This document shows positions 28,764 to 42,169 of a DNA stretch of 45,489 nt, in pieces; within the stretch, counting starts at the first letter, position 1, and the number at the start of each line of letters is the position of its first letter. Source of the DNA: Atractiella rhizophila (Eukaryota); contig MU271283.1 of assembly GCA_021432655.1 (NCBI GenBank), positions 62,001 to 107,489 on the forward strand, read 5' to 3'. Below the pieces are notes generated by a model. The model saw only the letters and a program-made list of their open reading frames with translations. It did not search any database and had not been told where the DNA came from. The position numbers and the translations under genes were made by a program.

Positions 28764-31017
28764 TCACCTAACAGATTCATTATCCTCCGCCTCTCTCTTC
28801 CTGTGTCTCCTCGATCCCCCTCTCTGTTCTCGTCGCTCCTCATCCCGCTCTCTTTTCTCTCTTTCCCTCTTCTCCTTCTCTTTTATTTCAAAGAAGTCCA
28901 ACTCTTCGCTCTTCTCCCTCTCCTTGCGACTCTTGTCTTTCTCTCTATCTCCCCTGCCCGACCTTCTCGATTCTGATTTCTTTTCTTCCCGATCACGATC
29001 CCTTTCTGGGCTCCTGCTCCTGCTCCTCCGGTCAGAACGATCTCGCTCGCGCTCATCGATTGAGTCCCGCTTTGGACCAGTTGGAGGAGCACCTCCGCGA
29101 GTTCCCGCAGGACCGCGAGGAGGTCCACCAGGCATATGTCGAGGACCCGTGGGAACACCAGGCGGGAGAGGGGATGGAGGACGAGGTGCAGCAACTGGAG
29201 CAAGCGGCGTACCGCGCCCACGCCCGCGTCCCGATGGCCCGGAAGGTGGCATGCCTCTACCTCGAGCAGGCATGCCTCGCCCTCTTCCTTCAAATGATGC
29301 ATTCGGATCCTGTGTACTTCGTTAGATAATAAGATGAAAGAAGAGAGAAAGCGTACGTCGTCCATATATTGTCCGTTCATTCCATTTATTATTGATGGCT
29401 CCTCGCTCTCCCCTCTCATCCCGGGAGTACCTTCATCAAAGCTCCTCTCATCCATCATGCCATTTCCAAAGGCAGCACCGCCGCCTGCTCCAGGCATGCC
29501 CATCATCCCTCCTCCCATGTTCATTCCTTGATTCATCATCATCTGTGGATTCATATTCATCCCCATGCCGCCCATCATCCCCATCATTCCACCAGGTCCA
29601 TTTGCATTTGGCCCAGCATTCGGTGGTCCATTGCCGGCCGACATGTTCATGATCATTTGTTGAAATGCAGGATTGGACAGCTGAACGAAGATTTGGGGCG
29701 GATAGCCAGAGGCGGAGAGGATGGTGCTAAGCATGAGGGTTTTGAGAGGAGCAGGGAGGGAAAGATAGGCTTCTCGGACGTTCCCAAACGCAAATGCCTA
29801 TCAGTTAAATTTTATCTCGCAAGTCAGCCAACTCCCCTCAGAACCGAGGCAGAGGAAGGACGCACAGCAAAAGGCATCTCCTCCTTAAAAGTGAGTGGTT
29901 TCCCTCCTCCTTCCCCACCACGCTGTTTGGGAGGCTCGGTTCTACCCTCTCCATACTTCTGCCTGAGTCTATACACTTTCCAATCGCGCTCATCAAAACC
30001 ATAGTTGAAATAATCGCTCTGATTGGCACCGCTCGCTCTCCAAGGAGCCTGTTCATTCGTCAATTTGTCAAGGTCATCGAGGTCCATCAATCCCTCTTCT
30101 CTCTCCGGGAGAGGTTCGAGTGGCACGGCAGGTGGAGAAGGTGGAGGAAAAGAAACAACCTCGCGTTGTGTGATGAGGATGTCAGACGGTGTAGGAGGGA
30201 GAGGGAACGTGAATGGTGCTCGTGTTTGTTGAGATAGTTGTGAGGAGGAAGCTTGCGTGGTAGCAGGTTGATTCACAGCTAAGGAGGCATTTCGAGCGTG
30301 AGGCGTGTACTCCGTAGTCGATAACGATTGTGATGGCTTCTCGCCTGCAGGCGCCGCTGTCGTCACAGTGGTCGTCGCCGTCGCCGCCGCTGGGGCTTGC
30401 ACAGAAAGAACTCGATTCCTGCACGCAAGAACAATGTTGGTTTGTTCTTCAACTCTAGAGGCCAATGTGCTCACACTGAGGGACGCGCTGGCGCTTTCGC
30501 TTCGGCGGTGTTATTTAACACGATTTCGATTTCCTTGACAGAATGAAGAGGGAAAGTTAGGTTCCATTGCATCGGGTTTTATTCTAGGGAGAGGAAATAC
30601 AGAAAAAGAATAACATTCTCATCCTGAGGTTGCGACCTCCCCTGTATCTCATTCTGTTCGCCTTCCATAACAGCTTGCCAAATTTACACGCAAGCAGCAG
30701 CACTTCCCAGCATCCACATCCGCTTCCGTGAAAATAAATAAAAAACGTACATCTTCGGACTCCTCTTGTACCTCCTCCGCTTCTGCCCCTTCTTCTGCGT
30801 CTTCTTCCATAGCGCTCCCTTCTTCCTCTGTACCGCCATCCACAGGTGCGTTTCTGCAGCAAACACATGAGCCAAATCACTCTGAACTTGGACAAACGGC
30901 TAATGCATACAGGAAGTCAGCCAAGGCCGCTTTCTCAGTGCCGGTCACTACCGGGGCAGCAGCAGATTGAGGAGCATCCTCTGAGTTACCGTACAGAAAG
31001 GCATCTTCGTCGTCCAT
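28764..31017 (-). CDS. FIP1: Pre-mRNA polyadenylation factor Fip1, multi-exon
   Basis: MDDEDAFLYG start; acidic ...ESED/EIEIVL; Fip1 motif MDLDDLDKLTNEQAPWRASGANQSDYFNYGFDERDWKVYRLRQ; Met/Gly-rich middle; PTGP repeats; RS/RD/RE-rich tail. Confidence 0.95.
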
Positions 31018-32058
31018 GGTTGAGAAATGTGTTGGGGCAGAAATGGGAATGTGTCGTGGTTGTGGTTTCTGGTCGTTTTCTCGTTTCCCACAAAGTTGAA
31101 ACCAGCCTTCTTACCAACGTTTGCCAATGTCCATATCGCAATTGAATATTGGAATGCTGCCCCGACTTAGGCATTGGACAGTAGGGCACTTTTCCAGACA
31201 AATATACTAACAGGCTTATATATCCCCAAGATGTAAATGGGTTACTGAGAATGACTGATCTATCGAGCTGGACGGTAAGCATGGTTCTATATTGATACGA
31301 AACAAACTATTGATGTGTAACGTGTTACCATCCTATTAATTGTGTTTGTACGATTGCCGCTCTTGAATATTGAATCGTTGAACTATTACGATCAAGCTGA
31401 TGAGAACAACAAGCATTGGCATTTTAGCTGCGTGCTGGACTGTCCGATGTCATTTACTTACAAGATGTATCGACGCACGTCGAATACTTGTTGCTTTGAG
31501 TGGAAGTAGAGAGAGATCATCGTTACCTTGTCTATATCTTAGTACTACATTGTGCTGACCAATCTTCGGTGCGCACAATTTCTGACAATTGCGATATGAA
31601 GGACCAAAGATTCTGATGCATATATGTCAACGTATCGAGTACTTATCACCCAATTTTGCTGAGTATGTATAGCTTAGCAAGACGATTATTAATGATTCCA
31701 CAAACTGAATTACCAGAGAGACTCGGTTGACAATTTGAATACTACGAGTCTGTTACTTGGACGAGAGATCTCCAGATGGAATTTACACCTTTCCACGATC
31801 CCCTCCTTTAAAGCCGTAATTGAGTGCCGCTCCTTGCGGATCGAATGCAGCGGGCTTCGGATCCAAAGCAAGTCCGCCAATACTTATAGTTGTTCTCCTG
31901 ATCCCTGTGACAATCTACCTCGTCGCACATGTCGCTGATCGCTCGCATCACTTCCGCCTGTTCAGGATCGGCGGGAGCTGTTTCCAGTCTTTCTGTCACT
32001 TGCAGCCAAGAGGCGAAGGAACTACTCGCATCCAAAGGGGCAACCTTGAAAGGTTTAT

Positions 32059-33749
32059 GTGACGGATTTGGGACATCAGAACGCCAACAATGGAGTTTTA
32101 TCCCTGCCATTGACCTTGATGAACGACAATGAATCGTGGAAGATCCGTCGGTTTAGTTCTCTTGAGCGAAACATGTCTGCCGACAGCGATGCTACCTACG
32201 ATGCGTTCGAACCAGAGTTGTCATCTCCCATCATTTTGGTTGTCCATTCAAGTTATTTGGCATTGCAGCGTTTTATTTGCAGTATCGGGGAATGCGTTGA
32301 GAGCCAGCATTTGACAGAACTTGATCTTGCTACATCTCAATCAGAGGTCACATCTTCCTTCGATAGTACCTTGATGTCCGCGAATGCACCTTCGTTCCAC
32401 ATCAAAATCCAATTTTTCCTCGGGTGGAAACAAGATCCCTTTCGTAACTTACCCGTCGAGCTCATTCATTCTTGTCTCGCGGCACTGCTCGCTCCATTTG
32501 ACAGACACAAGGAAGGGAATCTCCAACGTATTCAGAACTTCAGGCTCGTTTGTCGACAATTCGAGAAAATAGGGCGAAAGGATCTTTTTCGAGAGATTGG
32601 CAGGTTTCAACAATACGAGCCTTATTTCGCAAACTTGAAGCACGTCAACGTCATTAAATATTTCATGCGCTACGGGGACTCAGTGCTTCCTTGGATGAAG
32701 AAACTCCACCTTCGCCAAGAGCATTTTTCTGCGTTGTGGAACCCTCGGAACAAATGGTCAATCGCACTCCACATCTGTTGTCGCGCCAACAACGTGCGCA
32801 CTTTAGGGCTGGGCCTGTGTCCCCCCAAGCAAACGTCTCTTCGAAACGCGATTATGAAGACCATTTCAAGCCTTCCCAAGCTTGACTGTCTAGTCCTCGC
32901 TGGTATCAAGGAGCACGGTCATTTCCGTTGGAACTTCAAGGACCTTCAGACTTTATTTCAGGATAGCAGTCTCCAGAACCTTTTAATAATATGGTTACAA
33001 GGATGGGATCTGCTTGATTACGACTATACGACATCTCTCGAACCTCCGAGTACGAATCTGGAGCGCATAAACATTAACGACTGTAAACTCGCAGACTCCT
33101 TTCTTGAGTGGCTCAACCGTCTTGCTCCAAAAATAAAGTCTCTGTTCTTCGGATCCTTCTGGCCGACGCCGACATATGAATCTGCCAGCTTGTCACGCTT
33201 TCTTTCGGGGTCAAAGGATACCCTAACTCAGCTTTCTATCAGTCATGATCCCACCACGAACGAAAATCTGAAATTGCACTCTTCAAGCAGCTTTCGTGAA
33301 ACATTGAATGACGTTATTTGTTCCTGTCAGTAAGTTCTTCCTACTTTACACTCGACTACTTTCTCATCCCATACAGTGCCTTGGAGTGGCTCCACATCGA
33401 TGGTGGAAAAGAAGACTCGAATCTCATCTCTCCTGCACTCTTCAACAACCTGAACACTGCCTGTCCCAATCTCTCTATTTTCCAGATTTACGCATGCGAT
33501 GTTCCATCGAGTGCTATGCTCGACTGGTACAGAATCGCCTCGAAAAGAAGGTCAACAGACTTCATGCTGATTTGGAGTGCACTCTTTGGAGACCCAGAAA
33601 TCGACCAGGTTATGATTAACCTTACAACTCTAGATCCAGAGGTGAAAGGCACGATTTTTGATGAGGAAACTTTGCAGTTTCACTTTCGGGATATGGACTT
33701 CTATTTTGTGGAGGAGGGCTTCAGGGAGCCCAAGCGATTCTACTGGTGA
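32059..33749 (+). CDS. F-box protein with a putative RNI-like leucine-rich C-terminal region; start uncertain
   Basis: F-box-like DPFRNLPVELIHSCL...IQNFRLVCRQFEKIGRKDLFREI, followed by LxxLxL units (LPKLDCLVL, LQNLLI, LERININ, IKSLFF, LTQLSI, LEWLHI, CPNLSIFQI). A GTAAGT intron near 33330 joins ORF 33318-33749. Confidence 0.7.
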
Positions 33750-34460
33750 TGGGGCCAAGCTTGCTGACAAGGATGAGATGGCGCTTTAATGATTTCTTCT
33801 GGGCTCAATATGTTTGTTTCGTATCCTGGTCGCACACTGATCTTTGATCTTCAACCAGCACTGCCGACGCAGAAGCGGTTCAGAGATTGAGACGTTCACT
33901 TCCGTACTGACATGGTTAAAGGAATCGAAAGGGATATGCAGAGCGTGAAATAACATTAAAACGCCCTAGAAAAAAATTTACTCTTCCACGTCGACGTTAA
34001 TAACAATTTGTTGAATTGAAGGTTGAACGTTGAAAGTTGAAAACAAGGATAATGTTTGCTTCCGTCTGTTGCCTGGAAAAAGCACCGCCAAATAGAGAAC
34101 CCTAACCCTAAATCGAAGCTTGCGTTGCGGGACTTGCCCAATTACCACGACGATTACCTCCCCCAACCACCTCCACCTCGCCCTCCCTACGATTTCACCT
34201 CAGCCACCGCCAAACCAGTCCGACCCAGCGTGGTCGAGGCTTACTTGATCCGATTTCGACAGAATTCGAGATTGTTAGACTCAGAGAGGTATGCACGGAT
34301 CCCGCCTTGTCTCTCCCCTTTTTCAGAGTATCTTTTCCTTATTCTTTATTGGACGTCGGTCGTGGAGCAGTACCTCCTACACTCCCTCCTGAAACGCAAC
34401 GCGAACGAATTTACCTACTAGGAACCAATTTAATTGCTTTTTCCGCCTTCTCAAGCAAAA

Positions 34461-37400
34461 ATGGCCACCACAGATCAGACCCCTTCCCAGACGCCTACGC
34501 CTACCGTCGCGGTATCCCACGAGAACTGGGACTTGGATGCCGATTTTGTGCTCCCTTCCGGTCCATTGGACCTGAACCCGAAAGCACTATACAACCTCGA
34601 CCCCTCCTCCTTCTCCTCCCGCTCTGACTCTATCTTCTCCCACCTAGGACGGGAAAGTTCACTGGAACCTTTGTCCTCGGACGAGGGACGACCGACGCTG
34701 TCGAATGTGAAGGAAAGTTGGGATGAGGAGGACGAGGATTGGGCGGCGGAGATGGGTCTTGAGGGTGGGGATGGGAATGAAAGTGGAGACTCGAGTAAAG
34801 GTGATACCATCCGTGCTAAGTTTGGACTGGGTGACTTCAAGAGTCCGGAGAAGAAGGTGGCGGAGTCGGGGAAGGGAGATGAGCTGGGAGGAGCGGGCGT
34901 GACTGTGAATGTGTCGGAAGGGGAAAGCGAGGTGAAGGAGAACACCATCAAAGGTCTCCCGGTCGACTTTCCCAGGAAAGAGAAGCTACTCCCCAAGCTC
35001 TCCTCCGGAAGTTCAGCCATTGAAGCGGACGATGAGGACTTTGAGAGTTCCTTCGACCTCCCCATCTCTGTCTCCAAGTTCCAGCTCTCGCCTCAGCTGA
35101 AGAAGGAGAGATCCAGCAACGCTTTTCCCTCTTCTACCTTACCTTTTCCGCAAACGCCAACTACTCCCACTTCCCCCAACTCCACCTCCGCGGTGACAAG
35201 TGCGACGAACACCCGCTCTTCTCATGCATCCCAACCAGGTCTAACACTGGGCGTTCCCGCTCTTCCTCCCTCTCGTCGATGGAGCTCGACTCGGAAAATG
35301 ACGACGACAAGTTCTTCGAAGACATTGTCCTCCCTCCTTTCGGTGGGCTGAGGGGAGGGAGGAAGATTAGCACGGGAGGAAGCAGTGCAGGGGAGGACAT
35401 GGATGGTGATGGATTCGATATTTTCGGCGCCAAACTCGACCTTCAGAGTTACCTCAAGCGCAAGATGGAGAGCCGCCTCGAACTTGATCTCCCTCATTCA
35501 CCTCCGACCCCACAAGGCCCACAGTACAGCACACCGATCCCACCTTCACAGCAACATACGAGAGTCGCGAAGACGTCGGTCGGCTCGAACGGTTCTGCAC
35601 ACTCAAAATCCCCTTCGGCGGGTTCGACATCTTCTCGTCCTCCCCTTGGTGCCGGCGCACGCAAAAGAACGGTGACAGCACCGAAAACGTTTCAAAACCC
35701 GCTGGATGCCTTCAGGGAAGCCCCGTCCGGGGATACGGATGGGTTGGTGTTTGGGGATGTGAAATTGGGAACGGATCGGATGCGGGAGGCGAGTGTGAAT
35801 CGTAGGAATAGGGTGAACCTCATGAATCAGATGGAACGCTCTAGAGGTCGCCACAATAGCGCTGCTGCTCGTCTGGGACAGTCTACTGTTACACCCATCA
35901 GTGACCCGACGCGACGTGCTGGCGTCCGATCCCCCATATCTGGGTTTCGGAAGCAGTCGGCTAGCGAGGGGAAGGAAGTGAGACCTCGAAGCGTCGCGGG
36001 AATGGCGTCCACGATTTCTCCCACGCTAGGAGGGTTGAAAGCGAAGAGCATAGCAGCGGCTGCTGGTGGCCTTGGTCGACGCTCTCCCATCCCGAGCAGC
36101 TTCAGAAATCCTAACGCTCCTCCCGCGGCTCCTTCTTCTGGTGCGGGACGTGCAAGGACCCTGAGCGCTTTCGGAAAGGTCACACCTCCCCCTGCTGCCT
36201 CGACGGGCACTGGAATCGGAAGAGGCGCCCCTGCTGCTGCTCCCACAGGTCCAGGCTTGAGAAAGAAGGCTTCCGCATCGAACTTAAACAGTGGATCAGG
36301 GTCGAACGCGCCGACCCTCAGTCGAAAGCGGTCTATGCCTTCGCTTTCCATCAATGCGGCAAGAGATGGAAAGATCTCGCCAAGTCCTGTTGGAGCTACT
36401 GGTCCAGGTCCACGATCGCGGACGACGACGAGTACGACGAGTACCATTGCATCTACTTTTTCGACGTCGTCAATAAGTTCCTACGCCTCCGGATCTCAGT
36501 CTGCTACTGCCTCCAGGTTTGCAGCTCCCACCTTGAGTAGCATGTCCAAGCGGCGTGGACAATCAGATGATGGGAATGGCACCGTGGCGGATCCTTCTCA
36601 TGGACGATCGACAAGTCTAGGCTACTTCTCTAACGTCATGGCATCCCATCGTCCCTCCACCCCCTCCACGCTCACTCAACCGACCGCTTCAAGTCTTGCT
36701 AAGACTCGACCTCCGAGTCGATCGAGTACGATGCCGAACATGCACGTATTGAAGCGCCCGAAGCGGGTCAGGAATTATGGAGATGGAACGGAGCTGGATG
36801 CATTCGATGATTTACCTACGAATCGGGACGATGAGAGAAAGTTCCTGGGGAGCAGTGGGAACTCGAAGAGCTTGAGAAGAGTGAGCGGAGTAATGAGGAG
36901 CGAGAGGAATGGAAGTGGAGAGACCGTGCTTTCTGGTGGCAGTAAAGGGGCTCCTGCTACATCTACGAATACGGCAAGCAGGCTAAGTGATAGGAAAGCG
37001 AGCGCTGGTGGTTCGACTAGTACGATTGGGAAGAAGAAGAGAACGGTGACGGCTAAGAAGCCGCAGTTGATTAGAAGCCTCAATGCTTCCTCCTTGGCTA
37101 AAGGTGAGTTAATCTGCCCCAAATTCGTCAGTGTGCGGTTGGTGACTGAAGGATTTTGGTAGTTCAAGGAGAAATGATGTGGAACCCCATCGCTCATCGT
37201 TGGGAGGGAAATGAATCGGTTCTCAAAGATTTCGAGCGTGCAATGGGAACCTCGGTTCGCCCTGCCCTCATCACAAATTACTCAGCTGCGTCCACCCTCT
37301 CACCTTCCCCTACAAGGGTTGGTTCGCCGTCCACAATCGCATCGGCGAAACTTCCCAACGGTGTTCGGGTCGTCGGCAACATGATCTTCGATCCCATCCA

Positions 37401-37773
37401 GATGAAGTGGTATTCCAACGACGACCAAGAGGATGACTTGGACCTCGACCTTGTGCTGGATGATGATGAGTTCGATGAATGGGAGGAAGGCGAGCAAGCG
37501 AGGATGCTGAAGAATCGAGCGAGCTTCATGAGCGATGCTTCGGCTAGCAGTGAAAATGGAGAAGAAGATTTGTTTTGGAAGGAGTGCGAGGAGGGGGAAG
37601 CGAGAACAACGAAAGAATTTGAAGAGGGAGGATGGATAATTGAGGGCTCGGAAGGTAGAAGAGCCAGAGGAGAAAGAGATCATTTGTGGGATATTAGGAA
37701 TGTGAGTATCCAGTATCTTCCTCTTCGATTGATTCAGCTGCTCATGCCGTGGTAGTTGATTCTGCAACGATGA
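34461..37773 (+). CDS. byr4: Byr4/Bfa1-family GAP scaffold (septation initiation / mitotic exit network); one apparent frameshift
   Basis: ENWDLDADF N-terminus; LKRPKRVRNYGDGTELDAFDDLPT; KKPQLIRSLN; GEMMWNPIAHRWEGNE...RPALITN; VVGNMIFDPIQMKW; LWDIR end. Frame switch at the G-run 35249-35251. Confidence 0.88.
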
Positions 37774-38345
37774 CCCTTGCAGTCAAACAACGCACACGTG
37801 ACGAACTTTGAACGACTTTTTCGCTAGAACATCAGTATCCTCGCATCGCTCCCATCTGACTTCACCTTTTTTTGTCTGTTTAAAATTACGGTGAACCCCA
37901 AGAAATCCCTCATTTATTCCCATTTCTGTCCTTCTTTCCATTTCAGAGTTGTATACATATTTGAATTCACTTTAGTTTCTTGTCTCGTTGTCATCCTTTT
38001 CAGTGCCGGTTTCTGCTTCGTTGCTCAGCGGGTATTCGCTGAACGCTGGAGTTGATGCAGTTATGCTTCACATGGTGCTTGAGAGTTTCCCTGTATGATT
38101 CAACTTATTTCGGTTGCTTTGAACTCGTTTTTCACGTCTTCTTCCTTCATCAGGGGATTCATTCTCAATTAGCAGTGGAAGGAAGCAATGAATGCAAAGA
38201 TCGACATAGCTCTGTGGTTCCGAAGTTGTCTGCTAATAGTCATTCCACGATGCACAGAACCAAGAAACTAAGGTGACAAAATAAGTCGCTCTCTCCTGGT
38301 GAAACTCACATGAGCTAGAAACAGCAAGCAACAAAAAACGTTGTA

Positions 38346-41300
38346 TTAAAATAGGGATGACGCTCTGGATACTTTGGTCGATGGAGAAGAATCTAGAGTG
38401 CAGCTTGACTCTGTAGAAATGATCTCGGTCCTTCTCTTCCTCTTCTTTCCCTTTTTGCTGTTGCCCACAGACCCGTAACCAACGAAGACGATCTCTTCTT
38501 CGAGTTCCGCTTTGACCCTGCAAGGTAGCAAGTCCGCCTCCGTCTCTGCGGTAGTGATAGAAAGCTTCGTGGTTAATGTCAGCAAATCTGCATTGGTCAT
38601 ATTCGCTTTGCGTTCAAACTCGGCAACATCCACCTTTATTTGTTTCTGCGATTTGGGGTTGCTTGCGATCTCTTCGTGCGGTAGCCCAACGATGGGATCG
38701 TCTCTCCAATCCAAGTCATCCCCAAACCACGCTGCGTGTGCTCCCCGTCCTTCGAGCTCAAAACGGGACACGCATTGATCACAGCGGATGTAAAACGCAG
38801 ACGAACGAGGTGGAAATCCGAGTTTGGAGAACTCTGGTGATTCTTCGCCCAAGGCAAAGAGATCGCCAGGTGGTAGACAATCTTCGCAGAAGGAGTCTGG
38901 ACATGTCTGGCATCTATCACGGACTGAGTAAGTCTAAAGACAGGAAGCAAGACAATGAACCTGAAAACGAGGCCGCCGCATTCCGCTGCTGTTCTGAGAC
39001 ACGTAGTACAACTATGTCTGCCAGAAAGTCAGCGATGAACAACAGCGGGGGGAAGGGACTGACTGAGGGCATCTCCAACGAATACTCCTGTTCACGTCAG
39101 ATAAGCTCCAATCTGTGCATTCGAGGTGCGCCACTCTAGGACAGTGCATGCAAGTGTGCAGTTCACCTATAGACATTCAGCTATGGAAATCTTTGAATGA
39201 AAAACTTACCGCCGTCGCGGCAGTATATGCACCAGCTTTCATGTTCCCAGCTCTGGCTTTTGCGTTTCTTGTTGCTAAACCGTGCAGCTGCTTCGGGATC
39301 GGAGGTCACTGTTTTGACAGCTTCCCATCGTGAACAACCCTATGAAAAGATCGAGGCAAGAAAATTGGATCTAGATATGACCAACAATAGTTTCCGCCGC
39401 GACAGCATATCCATTGACCATTACGACCCTCTCTTGCCTTCGCCGTTTTCCTTCGACTTGCCAAAACTCTATTTGTCGCGCATCAACGAACGCTCAAGCG
39501 AAAGAGATGACACTCACCCTTCGCTATGTCCTTTATTGCCTGTTCCACCTTCTTGCCCTCAAACAGAGTAGTTTCCACCCTTTCAACGTGATTGAAAAAC
39601 TCCCCCTCTTCCTCTTCAACCGTCCTCTCCTCAGCCACGGAGAGCTCAAGTCTCCTCGCTTCTTCTTCTTCCTTCTGTTGTGCCTCTCGGACAAAATCCG
39701 AAAACTCCCTCTTCTGCCATTCGGCAAACACCTGCTCCTGCTCTGCTTCTCCCTCTTCGTTCCACTTCCCGACAGCTTGCTTTCCAGCACTTAGGACTCG
39801 ACGCAGCTCTTCTAAAGTCATCCGCTCAAGTTCATCTCCGCCCGTTGAATGGGTGTGACTGAAGGAAGAGTCGACTTTTGTCGCTAGGTAAAGCTTCTTC
39901 CGCACGCGACGGAGCATTTGCTCCTCCACACTGCCTTGAATGACAAATCGGTAGACATTCACGCTAGCGAAGTAAGAGTATGAGATAAGAATTAAGGAAG
40001 GAAGTGACGCACGGCTTCGTTTGCCCAATGCGATGTGCCCTTGCGATTGCCTGGATATCAACCTGTGGATTCCAATCCGAGTCTAGACGGGAGTTAAGCT
40101 TCGTTTTCAAGAAGTGATTCATACGCACCAAGCATGACTACAGTATCTGCTGCAGTGAGCGTGATACCGAGACCACCAGCGCGAGTAGAAATTACATATA
40201 CGCGATATGGGCTGTTGAGAAGGTTATAGTACCATCCAGATGCGAGAGAGGAACACACCTGTTCTTTTCCTGCTGAAAGAGTTTCATGTCTAAAGTTCGC
40301 CTCGCTCGAGGTGTAGATCCGTCTAATCGAGCATGGCTAATGCCACGCAGAGCCAAGAAGTCTTCGACATAATCGAGCATCCTTTACATCAATATCAACA
40401 ATTTTGCATCAGACCAAGCTGGGAAGTGAACGCGCACGAAGTGAAACCAGAAAAGATGAGTACTTTTTGTTCTGGTTTCAAAGACTGTAGTAGTTTATCA
40501 AGTAACTGAAGCTTTGATGAGACGTCTACGATGTGTTCACCGATTTGGTACGGATCAGGTTCAGCATGCATGATTGTATATCTGAAAACAATCAACGAAG
40601 AGCTGTACTGTGGGAAGTGGACATACGGATGGTTGCAAACCTTTCTGAGCTGCATCAAAAGGTTCATAAGAGTCTTGTATCTATTAGCATCTTTGTTCTC
40701 TCCTGCTCCATCTTCTGTCTTACTCAGCAATGTCAAGTCGATCCGTTTCAACAAGGCGAGATACCAAAACCGCTGAGCGGGACAGAGAGGGATCGTCAGT
40801 GTCATCTCGACCTTAGGAGGGACGGGGAAGACGTCTGGGCCGAGAGATGCTTTGGTCCGACGGCGCATAATGAGAGAAAGAAGCTTGCCCGCCTGAGAGA
40901 TAAACTTGGGGTCGTAGGTGCCTTCGGAAAGACTGAAAGAGGTTTGGAAGGTTGAAAGAGTAGTTGGTGTGAATATTCGAGGATACAGCCTGAATATCAA
41001 TTACATAAAAGGTAAGTCTACTGGACGATGCAGGCGACGTACCAATGTAAGAGAGACCAAAGCTCTACCATGTTGTTCTGCACGGTCGTCCCGCTCAAAA
41101 TCAACCTCCACAATCCACCACACCCTTGAATCACCTTCGTCAACTGGGTATCAGGGCATTTGATTTTATGTCCCTCATCGAGAATGACGGTCCCCCACAG
41201 TTTGTTGTTGAACCACCCGCTTTCGAAGCGATAGACATCGTAAGTCGTCAACAGAATGTCGAACTTGCCTGTCCGGAAGACCTCCTTGAGGCGCGTGCGC

Positions 41301-41911
41301 TCAGAGACCGCACCATGCATCGGCATGGCCTTGAGAGATGACCATCTCGCAACCTCTTGGGACCAGGAATTGAGTACAGACAACGGACAAATGACAAGTG
41401 CTGGTCTCTTCTTCAGATAGGCTAGCTCTGGTCCGCCTTGCCGCGAATATACGAGCTGCAAGAATGCAATGGTCTGCAACGTCTTCCCCAGACCCATCCT
41501 TTCCAACCCGTCATGACCTAGAAGGAAAAGGGAAGGAAGAGCTCACTCGTCACCCAAAATACAAGGAAACCGATTCCTCCCCATCCAGGTCAAAAAGCTG
41601 AATCCCTCTAGCTGGTAGCCTTTCATCTCGCCCTTAATCTCATCCGGCTGCTCCTCCAGGACATATTGTACAGGTTCAGGTATATTCGCAGGCGGATCGG
41701 AGAGATATGACTTTGGATGATTGACGAGGGGATTGAAGTATTCGATGTTGTTGAAGAGAAAGGTGTCGAACGCATCCAGGTCATGCTGTTTGTGTTTCGC
41801 CTTCTTTGAATCTCTCGTTTCTACCCTTTCGACCAGCGAAGCGCGTTTCCTTTTGCTTGTCATTTTTGTCGCCTCAGTCGCGTCCTCAAATAGTTGCTGA
41901 TATTTGTCCAT
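38346..41911 (-). CDS. SNF2-family chromatin-remodelling ATPase with C-terminal PHD and C5HCH-like zinc fingers, multi-exon
   Basis: [82 protein letters not shown]. Tail: [25 protein letters not shown]...WRCP/QHSCTTC...[18 protein letters not shown]...FYIRCDQC. Confidence 0.92.
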
Positions 41912-42169
41912 CTTCTCCCAGGTCACATGATGCTAGTTCTTGCGATACTCTTGCCTCTTCTGGGAGGAGTAATTAGCATGATGACCTGCAGATCAGACGA
42001 TCTAGTGCCAAAGAAATTATCGAGGGGCTGTCAGCTCAGCGTTATCGTAAAAAATGACAGTTCAAGGCAGGTATATCGCAAGAACAAGGTATTCGAACAT
42101 CAACACAAAAGCATCAATAAAAAATTGAGGCAGGAGGAGGAACAGTAAGTTGTACCGCAAAGAACGAGG

